From Anaeramoeba ignava BMAN (lineage: Eukaryota; Protista; Anaeramoebae), in assembly GCA_028826165.1 (NCBI GenBank), contig JAPDFW010000066.1:310001-374000 (forward strand): DNA of 64,000 nt. The letters are read 5' to 3'. Below are positions 1-13,135 of the stretch, in pieces. Position 1 is the first letter of the stretch. Every line of letters starts with the position of its first letter. Below the pieces are notes generated by a model. The model searched no databases and had not been told where the DNA came from. It saw only the letters and a list, made by a program, of their open reading frames with translations. The position numbers were made by a program, and so were the translations under genes.

Positions 1-350
1 TTTTGATTTTAATTTTAATTTTAATTTTAATTTTGATTTTAATTTTGATTTTGATTTAAATTTTAATTTTGATTTTAATTTTAATTTTGATTTTAATTTT
101 AATTTTAATTTTAATTTTGATTTTAATTTTAATTTTAATTTTAATTTTAATTTTGATTTTAATTTTAATTTTAATTTTAATTTTAATTTTAATTTTAATT
201 TTAATTTTAATTTTGATTTTAATTTTGATTTTAATTTTAATTTTAATTTTGATTTTAATTTTAATTTTAATTTTAATTTTGATTTTAATTTTGATTTTGA
301 TTTAAATTTTGATTTTAATTTTAATTTTAATTTTGATTTTGATTTTGATT
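1..350. repeat. (TTTTAA/TTTTGA)n hexamer microsatellite
   Basis: Near-perfect hexamer array. It explains the spurious poly-IL ORF 69..305. Confidence 0.95.
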
Positions 351-376
351 ATTAAATTTTAAATTTTGGAATTTTA

Positions 377-2202
377 TTAAAAAATTAAGCATTTCTCTTT
401 CGAATTATTGTTTTGATTTTGATTATTAAATTTCTTAATTAATAAATCAAATAAATTTGGATTTGTTTGATTTAATTGAAAATAATCAATTCCTCTTTTA
501 ATTTCATCAATTATTCCTTGTGTAATTTGAATTTCATCTTTAATTTGATTTGAATAAATCCAATATTCAAATATTTGAAATGATTTATTACTTAATTCAC
601 TATAATCTATAACTTTATTAGATTTATTATCAGTTATAGATAAAAACATTCCTCGATATAATTCACTTCTCATTATTAATATTAATTTAGGGAATTTATA
701 TTGTTTTTCTTTTCTTTCAATAATAAAATCTTTTTCATTTTCATTTTCATTTTCATTTTCATTTAAATAAATTCTTTTCATTGTTTCTTCAATTTTTTCA
801 TTTGAATTTATAATTTCTTTAATTTCAGAATATAATTTTGGATTTATTTTGGAATTATTTGAATAAATCATTTCAAATATTTGATTTGATTCTTTAATTG
901 ATTTTTTTGAAATAATTTCTTGAAGTTTTTCAATTTGATTTTGATTTTGATTTAATCTATATTTCAATATTAATTTATGAGCTTCAATTATTTCCTCATC
1001 TTCTGTTTTAAATGAAATATTACAAAATTCTTTTCTTCGAAATAATTTTATCAAATCTTCTTCAAGATTGGAAAAAGAAGAAAAAAAGGAGAATAATAAA
1101 GAAATGATCTCGAAACTCCACAAGAAAGATGATAATCGGAAATATTTTCATTAAATCTTAATTTAGGAAGTTCAATTTGAATTGGAATTGATTGATCTTC
1201 TGTATCTCCAGTTCCTAATTGACCAAATTTATTGTATCCAAATGCTATTAACATTCCATTAATTGTTAAAATCAAAGTATGAGCATTTCCAACAGAAAAA
1301 TCAAGAATATCATCATTTTCAAATAAAGATGATTTGATTTCAGTAAATTCATAAGTATATTCACCTTTGCCAAGTCCACTATATTTATAATCTCCAGTTG
1401 AATAAAGTTTTCTTTTTTGATCTTCATTTCCAATCAACATTATTGAATGATTGTCTCCACATTGAATATCAATTATTTTACCTTTTGGAATATTTTGGAT
1501 TTTGGTTAATTTTTGGATTTTTTTGTCTTTTCTTGATTTTCCTAATCCAAGTTGACCATATTGATTATATCCGCATCCAAATAATTCTTGATTTGAATTT
1601 AAAAGAAAAACATGATGTGAAGAATTTCCTGAAAATACTTTAGAAACATTTTTCATCATTAAAATTGGTTTTTCTGTTTTTGGAAGTGTTTTAGAATCAA
1701 AACCAAGTTGACCATCAGTATTAGAACCAATTCCATAAACATTTTGATTTGAAGTTAATAAGTAAATTGATTTGGCTCCAGAAACAACATCTTCAATTAT
1801 TCTATCATTTTTATCTTCAATTAATGATGAAATATTGATAAATTCTTTTGGATTTTCTGAATTAATATCTCTTCCTTTTGCAAATACATTTCCTTCTTTT
1901 GTTAAAATAGCTTCATTCTTTTCACCAACAGTTACTTTTTGAATATTTTCAATTTGGATTTTTTCAGGATTTTGTTTTGAATCTTCTTCATTTAAATATT
2001 CTATTGCTTTTCCATTTTTAAAAAGGAAAATTGTTCCAAAAAAACCTGACGAAATTTGTTTAATTTGTTTTTCATTTTCATTTTCATTTTCATTTTCATT
2101 TTCATTTTCAAATTTAAATTGAATTGGTTTTGTTATTTCATTTGGTTTATTTTTGATAAGAATTGGATAATTATTTAAACCAAAAAATAAAATTTCATTC
2201 AT
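377..2202 (-). CDS. Intronless RCC1-repeat + degenerate BTB/POZ protein, split by an apparent 1-nt frameshift at ~1081-1087
   Basis: RCC1 repeats (GSNTDGQLG, GYNQYGQLGLG, GYNKFGQLGTG) in ORF 1051..2274; true ATG at 2202 follows TCATT tracts. BTB-like motifs (IEAHKLIL, KLILIMRSELYRGMF, FEYWIYSN) in ORF 377..1123. Adding one T to the T7 run joins them (YYSPFFSSFSNLEEDL). Confidence 0.85.
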
Positions 2203-2299
2203 TTTTGAAAAGAAAAAAATGAAAAATGAAAAAAATGAAAAAAAAATAAAAAAAAATTTGATTTGATTTGCCAAATCTTGAAAAAAAAAAAAAACGGTA

Positions 2300-2737
2300 T
2301 CATTTCTTTAAAAGAAATCCATAATTTTTAGTTCTTCTTTGTTTAATAATTTGTACTTGAAAATGAGGAGAAGAATTTTCATCAAAATGTAAATCATTTT
2401 CTTTTTTTCTTTTTTTTCTTTTGGGTTTTTCTTTTTGTTTTGCGATTGAATGAAGGGGGTTTTTTTGTTGAGAAAAGGCATTTAAAGAAGTAAGAGGATG
2501 CGGAGTATCTAAGATATTCTTATCAACAAGGGATTCTTTTGAGTTTTCATTTGAAGTCGTTATTTCGTCATTTAAATTTTCAATTAGAATTTTATCGTTT
2601 TTTGAACTTGCATCAAAATAAGTTTGTTCATCTCCTTCTGAATTCGTTTCATTTAGATCTTCTGTTTCATTTGGTTCCCAAAAAATATCTTTAATTGTGT
2701 TTTGGTTTTCATTAGGATTAATTTCAAAAAGATTCAT
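2300..2737 (-). CDS. Hypothetical acidic/basic protein, 145 aa, possibly 3'-truncated
   Basis: Coding-like composition, ATG preceded by TCATT tracts (~2780-2800), basic NLS-like KPKRKKRKK. No domain recognised. Confidence 0.5.
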   Translation of the reverse strand: MNLFEINPNENQNTIKDIFWEPNETEDLNETNSEGDEQTYFDASSKNDKILIENLNDEITTSNENSKESLVDKNILDTPHPLTSLNAFSQQKNPLHSIAKQKEKPKRKKRKKENDLHFDENSSPHFQVQIIKQRRTKNYGFLLKK

Positions 2738-3239
2738 TTTAAAAAAATTTCAAAAAAAAAGCAAAAAAAATAAGAAAAAAAAAATGAAAAATGAAAAAAA
2801 AAAATAAGAAAAACTTTTTTTTTTTGCTTTTTTGCCTTTTCAATTAATTTTAATCAGAAATTTTAACTTAAAATTATTTCTTTAATAAATTAATTTTATT
2901 TCTAAAATATTATTTAAATTGTTTTTCCAATTTTTTTATTTAATAAACCAATTAAATGGAATTTCCTTGTCATCATTTTATTTATTTTTTAATTAAAGAC
3001 ATTTTGTCCGATTTAAATAAATTAAAAAAAAATTTATTTAAAAAAAATGATCAAAAAAAAAAAAAACCGAATCCACATTTTTTTTAATCAATTTTCTTTA
3101 ATTATATCAACAATAATAAATACAGTTTATTTTCTTAAAATAAATTTTATACAACTTTTTAAATAATTTTTTTTTAATCCCTTTTTAATCCCTTCTTAAT
3201 CTCCTTTTTAATCCCTTCTTAATCCCCTTTTTAAATAAA

Positions 3240-5060
3240 TTTATTCAAATCAATTTTAAATCAATTTTAAATCAATATATTTAAATCAATTTTAAATCAA
3301 TATATTTTAAATCAATTTATTTAAATCAATTTTAAATCAATTTTAAATCAATTTTAAATCAATTTTAAATCAATTTTAAATCAAATTTAAATCAATTTCA
3401 AAAATTTAAATCAATTTTAAATCAATTTTAAATCAATTTTAAATCAAATTTAAATCAAATTTAAATCAATTTTAAATCAAATTTAAATCAATTTTAAATC
3501 AATTTTAAATCAATTTTAAATCAATTTTAAATCAATTTTAAATCAATATATTTAAATCAAAATAATTAAATCAAATATACTTAAATCAAAAATATTCAAA
3601 TCAATATATTTAAATCAATATATTTAAATCAAATATATTTAAATCAATATAATTTAAATCAATATATTTAAATCAAAATATTTATATAATATCAATTTTA
3701 AATCAATATATTTTAAATCAATTTTAAATCAAAATATATTTAAATCAATATATTTAAATCAATTTATTTAAATCAATATATTTAAATCAATATATTTTAA
3801 ATCAAATATATTTAAATAAATATAATTAAATAAATATATTTAAATAAATATATTTAAATAAATATATTTAAATAAATTTATTTAAATCAATTTATTTAAA
3901 TCAAAATATTTAAATCAAAATATTTAAATCAAATATTTAAATCAATATATTTAAATCAATATATTTAAATCAATAATTAAATTCATTTTTCATTTTCATT
4001 TTTCATTTTTATTTTTCATTTTTCATTTTTATTTTTCAAATGGATATTTAAAATAGTAAATCAAAATACCAAAATCAAAATATTTAAATCAAAAATTATT
4101 TTCTGAAAGTGAAAATCAAAAATATTTAAATCAATATAATTAAATCAAATATTTAGAACCAAAAATATTTAAATCGAAAATAAAACAAAAATATAATTAA
4201 AGAAAATATATTTAAAAAATAAAAATCAAGTTATTTTAAATCAAGATATTTAAAGATATTTAAATCATTTTAAATCAATATTTAAATCTAATATAATTAA
4301 ATCAAATATATTTAAATCAATATATTTTAAATCAATATATTTAAATCAAAAATTAAAAATTGTTAAATCAATATAATTAAAATTATATAAATTTAAATAA
4401 TAAAATTAATTTTAAAATTAAATCAATTTTAAAAAATATATTTAAATCAATATATTTAAAAAATTATTTTATTAAAATTATATTTAAAAAATATTTTAAA
4501 TTAATTTTAAATCAATTTTAAATCAATTTTAAAATTAATTTTAAATCAATATATTTAAATCAATATATTTAAATCAATTTTAAATCAATATATAAAATTA
4601 TTTAAATCAATTTTAAATTAATTTTAAATCAATTTTTAAATCAATTTTAAAAATCAATTTTAAATCAATTTTAAATTATTTTTTAAATCAATTTTAAATC
4701 AATTTTAAATCAATTTTAAATCAATTTCTAAAATTATTTATAAAATCAATTTCTAAATCAATATATTTAAATCAATATATTTAAATCAAAATATTTAAAT
4801 CAAATTATTCAAATCAAATATATTCAAATCAATATATTTAAATCAATATATTTAAATCAATATATTTAAATCAAAATATTTAAATCAATATATTTAAATC
4901 AATATATTTAAATCAAAATATTTAAATCAAATATTTAAATCAATATATTTAAATCAATATATTTAAATCAAAATATAATTAAATCAATATATTTAAATCA
5001 AAATATTTAAATCAATATATTTAAATCAATATAATTAAATCAAAATATTTAAATCAATAA
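3240..5060. repeat. Intergenic (AAATCAATTTT)/(AAATCAATATATTT) minisatellite with an embedded degenerate copy of the TAF4-like 5' end
   Basis: 11-14 bp units between two divergent genes. Bases ~3975-4500 resemble 5060-5560. Confidence 0.9.
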
Positions 5061-5067
5061 TTAAATT

Positions 5068-5120
5068 CATTTTTCATTTTTCATTTTTCATTTTTCATTT
5101 TTCATTTTTTTCATTTTTTT
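5068..5120 (+). promoter_or_regulatory. Tandem TTTTCATTT initiator-like tract before the ATG (example of a window-wide pattern)
   Basis: The same tract precedes starts at 2202, 2737, 20556, 23348, 31037, 36473, 39020, 40182, 43595, 49090, 55838, 59376 and 61727. It resembles the TCA+1YT/A Inr of trichomonads. Confidence 0.7.
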
Positions 5121-5124
5121 TGTA

Positions 5125-7247
5125 ATGGATAGTGATAATAGTGATGAAAAACCAAAAAAACGAAATAAATCAAAAAAATTATTTTCTGAAAGTGAAGAAT
5201 CAGATGAAGATTATGACGATGAAGTAAGTGAAGATGAACCAATACCAGAACCAAAAAAAACACCTCAACCGAAAACAAAACAAAAACGACCTAAAGAATC
5301 AACAACAAAAAAAAGAGAAAAAAATAAAAATCAAGTTGTTTTCAAGAATAAAGATATTTCAGTTGTTGAGATCATTTTAAATCAAGATCCAAATAATGTT
5401 GATGAAGCAAGAGATGTTATTTATGAAGAAGTTTCTCCTTATATGAGAGAAAAAATTAAAAAAATTGTTGTTAATGTATATATAAAATTATATATAAATT
5501 TAAATATAAAATTAATTATAAAATTATTTATTAAATTATATATAAAATTAATTATTAAATTATTTATAAAATTAATTATAAAATTATTTATTAAATTATA
5601 TATAAAATTAAATATAAAATTATTTACAAAATTATTTATAAAATTAAATATAAAATTAAATATAAAATTAAATATAAAATTATTTATAAAATTATTTATA
5701 AAATTATTTATAAAATTATTTATAAAATTATTTATAAAATTATTTATAAAATTATTTATAAAATTATTTATAAAATTATTTATAAAATTATTTATAAAAT
5801 TAAATATAAAATTAAATATAAAATTAATTATAAAATTATTTATAAATGTTTATAAAAAAGGATAAACAAGAATATATTGGATTATCTCACGAACAAATAA
5901 GACAAGCTCAACACCTTTTAACTCTAATCGATGCACAAGGAAAACCACCAACAACAAGAAAAACACCCAAAACACGAAAAACATTGAAAAAAACAACACC
6001 AACACAAAATAAAAAAGAATCAAAAGAAGAAAAAGAAGAAAAAGAAGAAAAAGAATCAATAGAAGAAAAACCAAAAATAACAAACATTTCTTCAGATTAC
6101 GAAACACAAAGTAACAGCGACGAAACAAGCGAAGACGAAACAAGCAATATTGAAGAAGATAGTGAAGAAGAAACAGACGAAAGCGACGATGATTATCAAC
6201 AACACAAAACTCAACGGATCAAAAAAACTGTCAAAAAACCTGTCATTATTCCACAAAACCAAATTATAAACTCACATTGTTTAACGTTAGAAAAAAATCC
6301 GATTTTCAATGAAGAAATTTTAAAAACTTTTGCCGAGCCAATTTCTCAAAAACAAGGAATTCAAACCACAACAGAAGCGTTATCAGCAATCCAGTGCGCA
6401 GGCGCGTATTGGTTCAGAAATCTTTTCGAATCTCTTGTCCAATCTTCAAGATTAAGTACAAATACCCCCAAATTGTATTTTTCAGTTAATGAAGATTCAA
6501 CTGTTTCTGATTCTTTGAAGAAAATTGCTGAAAAGGATCGACAGCAAAATTTTGATTCTCGTTTAGAAATGGATTTGCAACAAGAAAATCAACCAAATAA
6601 ACCTAGAGAATTTTCTAAATTCCCTGAATTAACTGAAAGAGGTTGTATTGCAAGTTATGAACATCTTATTAAAATTTTGCCTCAAGGCAATTATCAAATA
6701 TACTTGTTTTTATTGGAAAGAAAACTCCAAAGTTTGAAAGCTTTTCAACAAAGATTCCCAAAAGGCAAAGAAAGAAATGAATACCAAAAAGCTATTGAAA
6801 GTGATGAACAAAGATTGGAGCAAATCAAAAGATTAAAAGCTCAACCAAATCCTCAAGATTTGCAACAATTTCCAAATCGCTTTTCAAAAATTCAAAAACA
6901 AGAAACTTTTTTGAATTCAGTTTTTTACAAGACAAATTCAACAAGATTGAATTCAGTTAAAGCAAGAGAGAAAGTAAATTTCAATTTCAATTTCTTTAAA
7001 ATTTCTTTCATTATAAAAATTTCATTTTAAAAATTTCTTTTAGAGACCACTTCATACTCCAAAAAAATTATTAACTCAAATTGATGAAAAACATCCTGAT
7101 GGAATTAAATTGAGTTATGAAGATCCTGCTTTGAGAATTCCTTTTAAACCAATTTCAAAATTAGATTTTTTACACATTTTAGAAACTACTCCAGAATATA
7201 AAAAATCACCAATATTTTTAAAATTATTTCATGGAAATTTTTACTAA
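5125..7247 (+). CDS. TAF4: TFIID subunit TAF4-like protein (exons 5125-5475, 5861-6973, 7044-7247)
   Basis: Phase-0 GT-AG introns give one frame. Histone-fold-like IFNEEILKTFAEPISQKQGI...AGAYWFRNLFESLV and C-terminal ISKLDFLHILETTPEYKKSPIFLKLF resemble the TAF4 histone fold and conserved C-terminal motif. Confidence 0.7.
5476..5860 (+). repeat. Intron filled by (AAAATTATTTAT)n 12-mer
   Basis: GTATAT...AAAAAG intron. It explains the KLFI tail of ORF 5125..5865. Confidence 0.9.
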
Positions 7248-7408
7248 TAGCATTTTTTATAATAAATTTTTTAAATCATTTTATCTAAAAAATTTTAATT
7301 TTTTTGTGATTTTCATGTCAAAAGAAGAAAAAAAAGAATTCAAAAAAAAAAGAATTGGAAAAAAAAGAATTCAATTCAAAAAAAAAGAAAGAAAGAAAGA
7401 AAGAAAAT

Positions 7409-10400
7409 TTAAGAAATGAAACTAATAAGATTTGAACCAATAACTGAACCAATATCACCAACAAACAACCAATAAGATAAACCAATCAAATTGTATTTAC
7501 GATCTATTTTTTCATCTATGTTTCTACAACTCAAAGAGTAAATAATTCCATTTCCCAAAGCGATAAAAATACCAGCAGTAATGGCAAGTTCAGAAAGATG
7601 AGAAACACCAAACCCAATTCCAATAATATTGAGAATAAGGAAAAAAGCAGGATGGTAATTTTTCTTTGAGCGATATATCAATTTTCTACCTCCCAAATCA
7701 CCAATAAAGAAGCCAGCATCATAAATTGTTACAAACAAATGATATGCCATTTTTGTTGATGTTCCTGAAAAGAAAATATCGTTTTTGCCGAAAATATAAA
7801 GAATCACTCCAGGACTAAATAATGAAACACTAAACATGTTAACCATCATTGTTAGTGCATAAGGTCTTACTTTTGGTTCCCAAATTTTTCTTGGAAATTT
7901 GCGGAAAAATTTGATAAATTCCTTTGCTGATATTGTTTCAATTCTAGAAGCTCTTCGATAAATCCGAATTAAATACAAAATTAATCCAAAAACAAGAAAG
8001 CATAAAACGCTTAAATAAATCCATTTAACATGAACACCAACTTGCATCAAAAGAAAAGAACCGATTGTTATCCTGTGAATGAAGAAGATGATAATCAAAA
8101 AAAAATTTTTTTTCCATTTTAAGTTTTTTTACATGACAATTCCTGGTGGAATTCCATAAAGACACCAAGCCTTTGTTTTGGGGCCAAATGGTGTTGCAAC
8201 TCGAAGCATATTTGCTTCAAAAGTTCCTATTCCAATTCCTCCTAAAATATAAGCAATGAAGACCCAAGCCATTGAAGGAATTGAATTTGCACTAATTGTG
8301 AAAAACAAAATGATCATTGAACATGACATGGATGTAATACTAATTAATACTCTATCTCTTGGTTTAAATAATGCAAATACTACATTATGTCCCAATCTGA
8401 ATAATAAATTACCAATATACAAAAATGATACTGCAAATCCAAACTTTTTTTTATAATTTTATATTTAAATTTATAAATAATTTTATATTTAATTTAATAA
8501 TTAATTTTATAAATAATTTAATAAATAATTTTATTAATAATTTTATAAATAATTTTATAAATAATTTTATAAATAATTTTATAAATAATTTTATAAATAA
8601 TTTTATAAATAATTTTATAAATAATTTTATAAATAATTTTATAAATAATTTTATAAATAATTTTATAAATAATTTTATAAATAATTTTATAAATAATTTT
8701 ATAAATAATTTTATAAATTTTAATTTTAATTTTTAAATAATTTTATAAATAATTTTTATAAAATAATTTTATAAATAATTTTATAAATAATTTTATAAAT
8801 AATTTTATAAATAATTTTATAAATAATTTTTATAAATAATTTTTATAAATAATTTTATATTTAATTTTATAAATAATTTTATAAATAATTTTATAATAAT
8901 TTTTAAATAATTTTATAAATAATTTTATAAATAATTTTATAAATAATTTTATAAATAATTTTATAAATAATTTTATAAATAATTTTATAAATAATTTTAT
9001 ATTTTAATAATTTTATAAATAATTTTTATATTTAATTTTATATTTAATTTTTATATTTAATTTTATAAATAATTTAATTTTATATTTAATTTTATAAATA
9101 ATTTTATATTTTATTTTATAATAATTTTATAAATAAATTTTATAATTTTATAAATAAATTTAATTTATATAATTTTATATTTAATTGACCTTTATATTTA
9201 ATTTTTATATTTATTTTTATTTAATTTTATATTTAATTTTATATTTAATTTTATAAATAATTTTATAATTAATTTTTATTTAATTTTATTATAATTTTAT
9301 ATTTAATTTTATTTTTATTTTATAAATAATTTTATATTTAATTTTATATAATTTTTATAATTAATTTTATATTTAATTTTTAATTTAATTTTATAAAAAT
9401 TTTTATAATTTTAATTTTATATTAATTTTTATTTAATTTTATAAATAATTTTATAAATAATTTTTATAAATAATTTTATAAATAATTTTATAAATATTTT
9501 ATATATATTTTTATATATAATTTTATATTTAATTTTATAATTTTATATTTAATTTTATATTTAATTTTTATAATTTTATAAATAATTTTATAAATAATTT
9601 TATATTAATTTTAAATTAATTTTATAAATAATTTTTTATAATTAATTTTATAATTAATTTTATAAAAATAATTTTTATTAATTTTTATAAATAATTTTAT
9701 ATTTAATTTTATATTAATTTTTTAAATAATTTTATATTTAATTTTTATAAATAATTTTATAAATAATTTTTAAATAATTTTATATATAATTTTATAAATA
9801 ATTTTATAAATAATTTTATATTTAATTTTTAAATAATTTTATAAATAATTTTATATTTAATTTTATAAATAATTTTATAAATAATTTTTATATTTAATTT
9901 TATAAATAATTTTATAAATAATTTTATAAATAATTTTATATTTAATTTTATAAATAATTTTATAAATAATTTTATAAATAATTTTATAAATAATTTTATA
10001 AATAATTTTATAAATAATTTTATATTTAATTTTTATAAATAATTTTATAAATAATTTTATAAATAATTTTATAAATTAATTTTATAAATAATTTTTATAA
10101 ATAATTTTATATTTAATTTTTATAAATAATTTTATATTTAATTTTATAAATAATTTTATAAATAATTTTATAATAATTTTATAATAAATAAAATAATTTT
10201 ATAATTTATAATTAATTTTTTAAATAATTTTATAAATAATTTTATAATTTAATTTTATAAATAATTTTATAAAAATAATTTAATTTTATTAATTTTATAA
10301 TTAATTTTATATTTAATTTTATATTTAATTTTATAAATAATTTTATATTTAATTTTATAATTAATTTTATATTTAATTTTATAAATAATTTTATTTATAA

Positions 10401-11045
10401 TTTTATAAATAAATTTATAAATAATTTTATATTTAATTTTATATTTATTTAATTTTATAAATAATTTTATATTTAATTTTATAAATAATTTTATAAATAA
10501 TTTTATATTTAATTTTATTTATAATTTTATAAATAATTTTATATTTAATTTTATATTTAATTTTATAAATAATTTTATAAATAAAAGAAGTGGTGAAAGG
10601 ATACAATATGACTTTTAGTAGTTCCTTCATTAATATCATATTTTTTTTTAAGTTCAGCTTGAAGAGCAAACAAAGCAGCATAACCCATAAATTGAGCAAA
10701 AGTAGTAATAAAAATTTCACGAAAAGCACGATTTGCATCAGAAATCTTTTCCTTTTCACTACAAACATCAGGATTTAATTGATTAGGATCAGTTGAATCA
10801 ATAGAAAGAAGCGATTTTTTTTCTTCATCAGAATTTTCGTTAATTTCTTTTTCATTTTCTTCTATTTCTTCAATTTCTGCGTTTTCTTTTATTTTTATAC
10901 TTTCTTTTATGTCTCTTATGTTTATATTTATTGGTATTTTTTCATTATCTTCTAAATCGTCATTTTCTTCTTTTTCTTCAATTTCTTTTATTTCTTTTGT
11001 TTCTTTAATTTCTTTTATTTCATTTGCTTTATCAATTTCTGCCAT
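7409..11045 (-). CDS. CLN3/battenin-like multi-pass MFS-type membrane protein (exons ~11045-10605, 8443-8133, 8072-7409)
   Basis: Splicing gives KSHI|FGFAVSFLYIGNLLFRLGHN and GIVM|ITIGSF. About 11 hydrophobic segments after an acidic N-terminal tail. Family call is from recalled similarity. Confidence 0.65.
8447..10585 (-). repeat. ~2.1 kb intron filled by (ATAAATAATTTT)n
   Basis: 12-mer array with a noisy centre. It is the same unit as the TAF4 intron when both are read on the sense strand. Confidence 0.9.
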
Positions 11046-11339
11046 AACAAAAAAGAAATGGCATTTGTTATTTTTGTTTTTTTTTTTCTTTTAAACTTTT
11101 GCCCACAATTAAAAAAAAATTTTTTTTTTCTTTTTTTTTAATTTTTTTTTTTTCTTTTTTAAATCTTCAATTTTTCTCAATAAGATCAATTAAATTTGAT
11201 TTAAATTTCTTTTTATTTTTATTTATTTTATTTATTTTATTTATTTTTTAAATTTAAATCGTCATCAAATCAATTAAAAAAAATTATTAAAAAAATTGAT
11301 CATTTTAAAAAAAAAATTTTTCTTTTTTCTTTTTTCTTT

Positions 11340-13135
11340 TTAAATTGATTTATTTAAATTTAATCAATTAAACTTTATTTCAATATCGAAATAAAATTAA
11401 TTAAAAATATTTATTTAATATTTATTTAAATTTTATTAATAAATTATTTATAAATCAATTTAATTATTTTTTATAATTCTTTATTTTAAATTAATTTATT
11501 TAAATTTAATCAATTAAACTTTATTTCAATATTTTTATAAAATTAATTAAAAATATTTATTTAAATTTTATTTAAATTTTATTAATAAATTATTAATTAA
11601 TCAATTTAATTATTTTATAATTCTTTATTTTGAATTGATTTATTTAAATTTAATCAATTAAAAGTTTATTTCAATATTTATATAAAATTAATTAAAAATA
11701 TTTATTTAAATTTTATTTAAATTTTATTAATAAATTATTTTAAATTTTTAATTATTTTTTAATTCTTTATTTTTGAATAAATTTATTTAAATTTAATCAA
11801 TTAAACTTTATTTCAATATCGAAATAAAATTAATTAAAAATATTTATTTAAATTTTATTTAAATTTTTATTAATAAATTATTAATTAATCAATTTAATAA
11901 TTTTATAATTCTTTATTTTAAATTAATTTATTTAAATTTAATCAATTAAACTTTATTTAAATATTTATATAAAATTAATTAAAAATATTTATTTAAATTT
12001 TTTATTTAATTTTTATTAATAAATTATTAATAAATCAATTTAATTATTTTATAATTCTTTATTTTAAATTAATTTATTTAAATTTAATCAATTAAACTTT
12101 ATTTAAATATCGAAATAAAATTAATTAAAAATATTTTATTTAAATTTTATTTAAATTTTATTAATAAATTATTAATAAATCAATTTAATTATTTTATAAT
12201 TCTTTATTTTAAATTAATTTATTTAAATTTAAATCAATTAAACTTTATTTAAATATCGAAATAAAATTAATTAAAAATATTTAAATTAAATTTTATTTAA
12301 ATTTTATTAATAAATTATTAATAATTCAATTTAATTATTTTATAATTATTCATTTTTTTAAGTTAATTTATTTAAATTTAATCAATTAAACTTTATTTCA
12401 ATATTTATATAAAATTAATCAAAAATATTTATTTAAATTTTATTTAAATTTTATTAATAAATTATTTATAAATCAATTTAATTATTTTTATAATTCTTTA
12501 TTTTAAATTAATTTATTTAAATTTAATCAATTAAACTTTATTTAAATATTTATATAAAATTAATTAAAAATATTTATTTAAATTTTATTTAATTTTTATT
12601 AATAAATTATTAATAATTCAATTTAATAATTTTATAATTCTTTATTTTAAATTAATTTATTTAAATTTAATCAATTAAACTTTATTTCAATATTTATATA
12701 AAATTAATCAAAAATATTTAATTAAATTTTATTTAAATTTTATTAATAAATTATTAATAATTCAATTTAATAATTTTATAATTCTTTATTTTAAGTTAAT
12801 TTATTTAAATTTAATCAATTAAACTTTATTTCAATATCGAAATAAAATTAATTAAAAATATTTATTTAAATTTTATTTAAATTTTATTAATAAATTATTT
12901 ATAAATCAATTTAATTATTTTATAATTCTTTATTTTAAATTAATTTATTTAAATTTAATCAATTAAACTTTATTTCAATATTTATATAAAATTAATTAAA
13001 AATATTTATTTAAATTTTATTTAAATTTTATTAATAAATTATTAATAAATCAATTTAATTATTTTATAATTCTTTATTTTAAGTTAATTTATTTAAATTT
13101 AATCAATTAAACTTTATTTAAATATCTTTATAAAA
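11340..13135. repeat. Intergenic satellite 1, ~145 bp monomer, ~12.5 copies
   Basis: Anchor CAATTAAACTTTATT recurs at ~11370, 11516, 11660, 11803, 11948, 12094, 12240, 12388, 12533, 12677, 12821, 12965, 13109. Confidence 0.95.

Noticed and set aside
11340-13135. CRISPR-like or coding-repeat (48-aa) reading of the 144-bp arrays
   Set aside because: No unique spacers, no cas genes, stop-rich frames and many non-3n indels between monomers.
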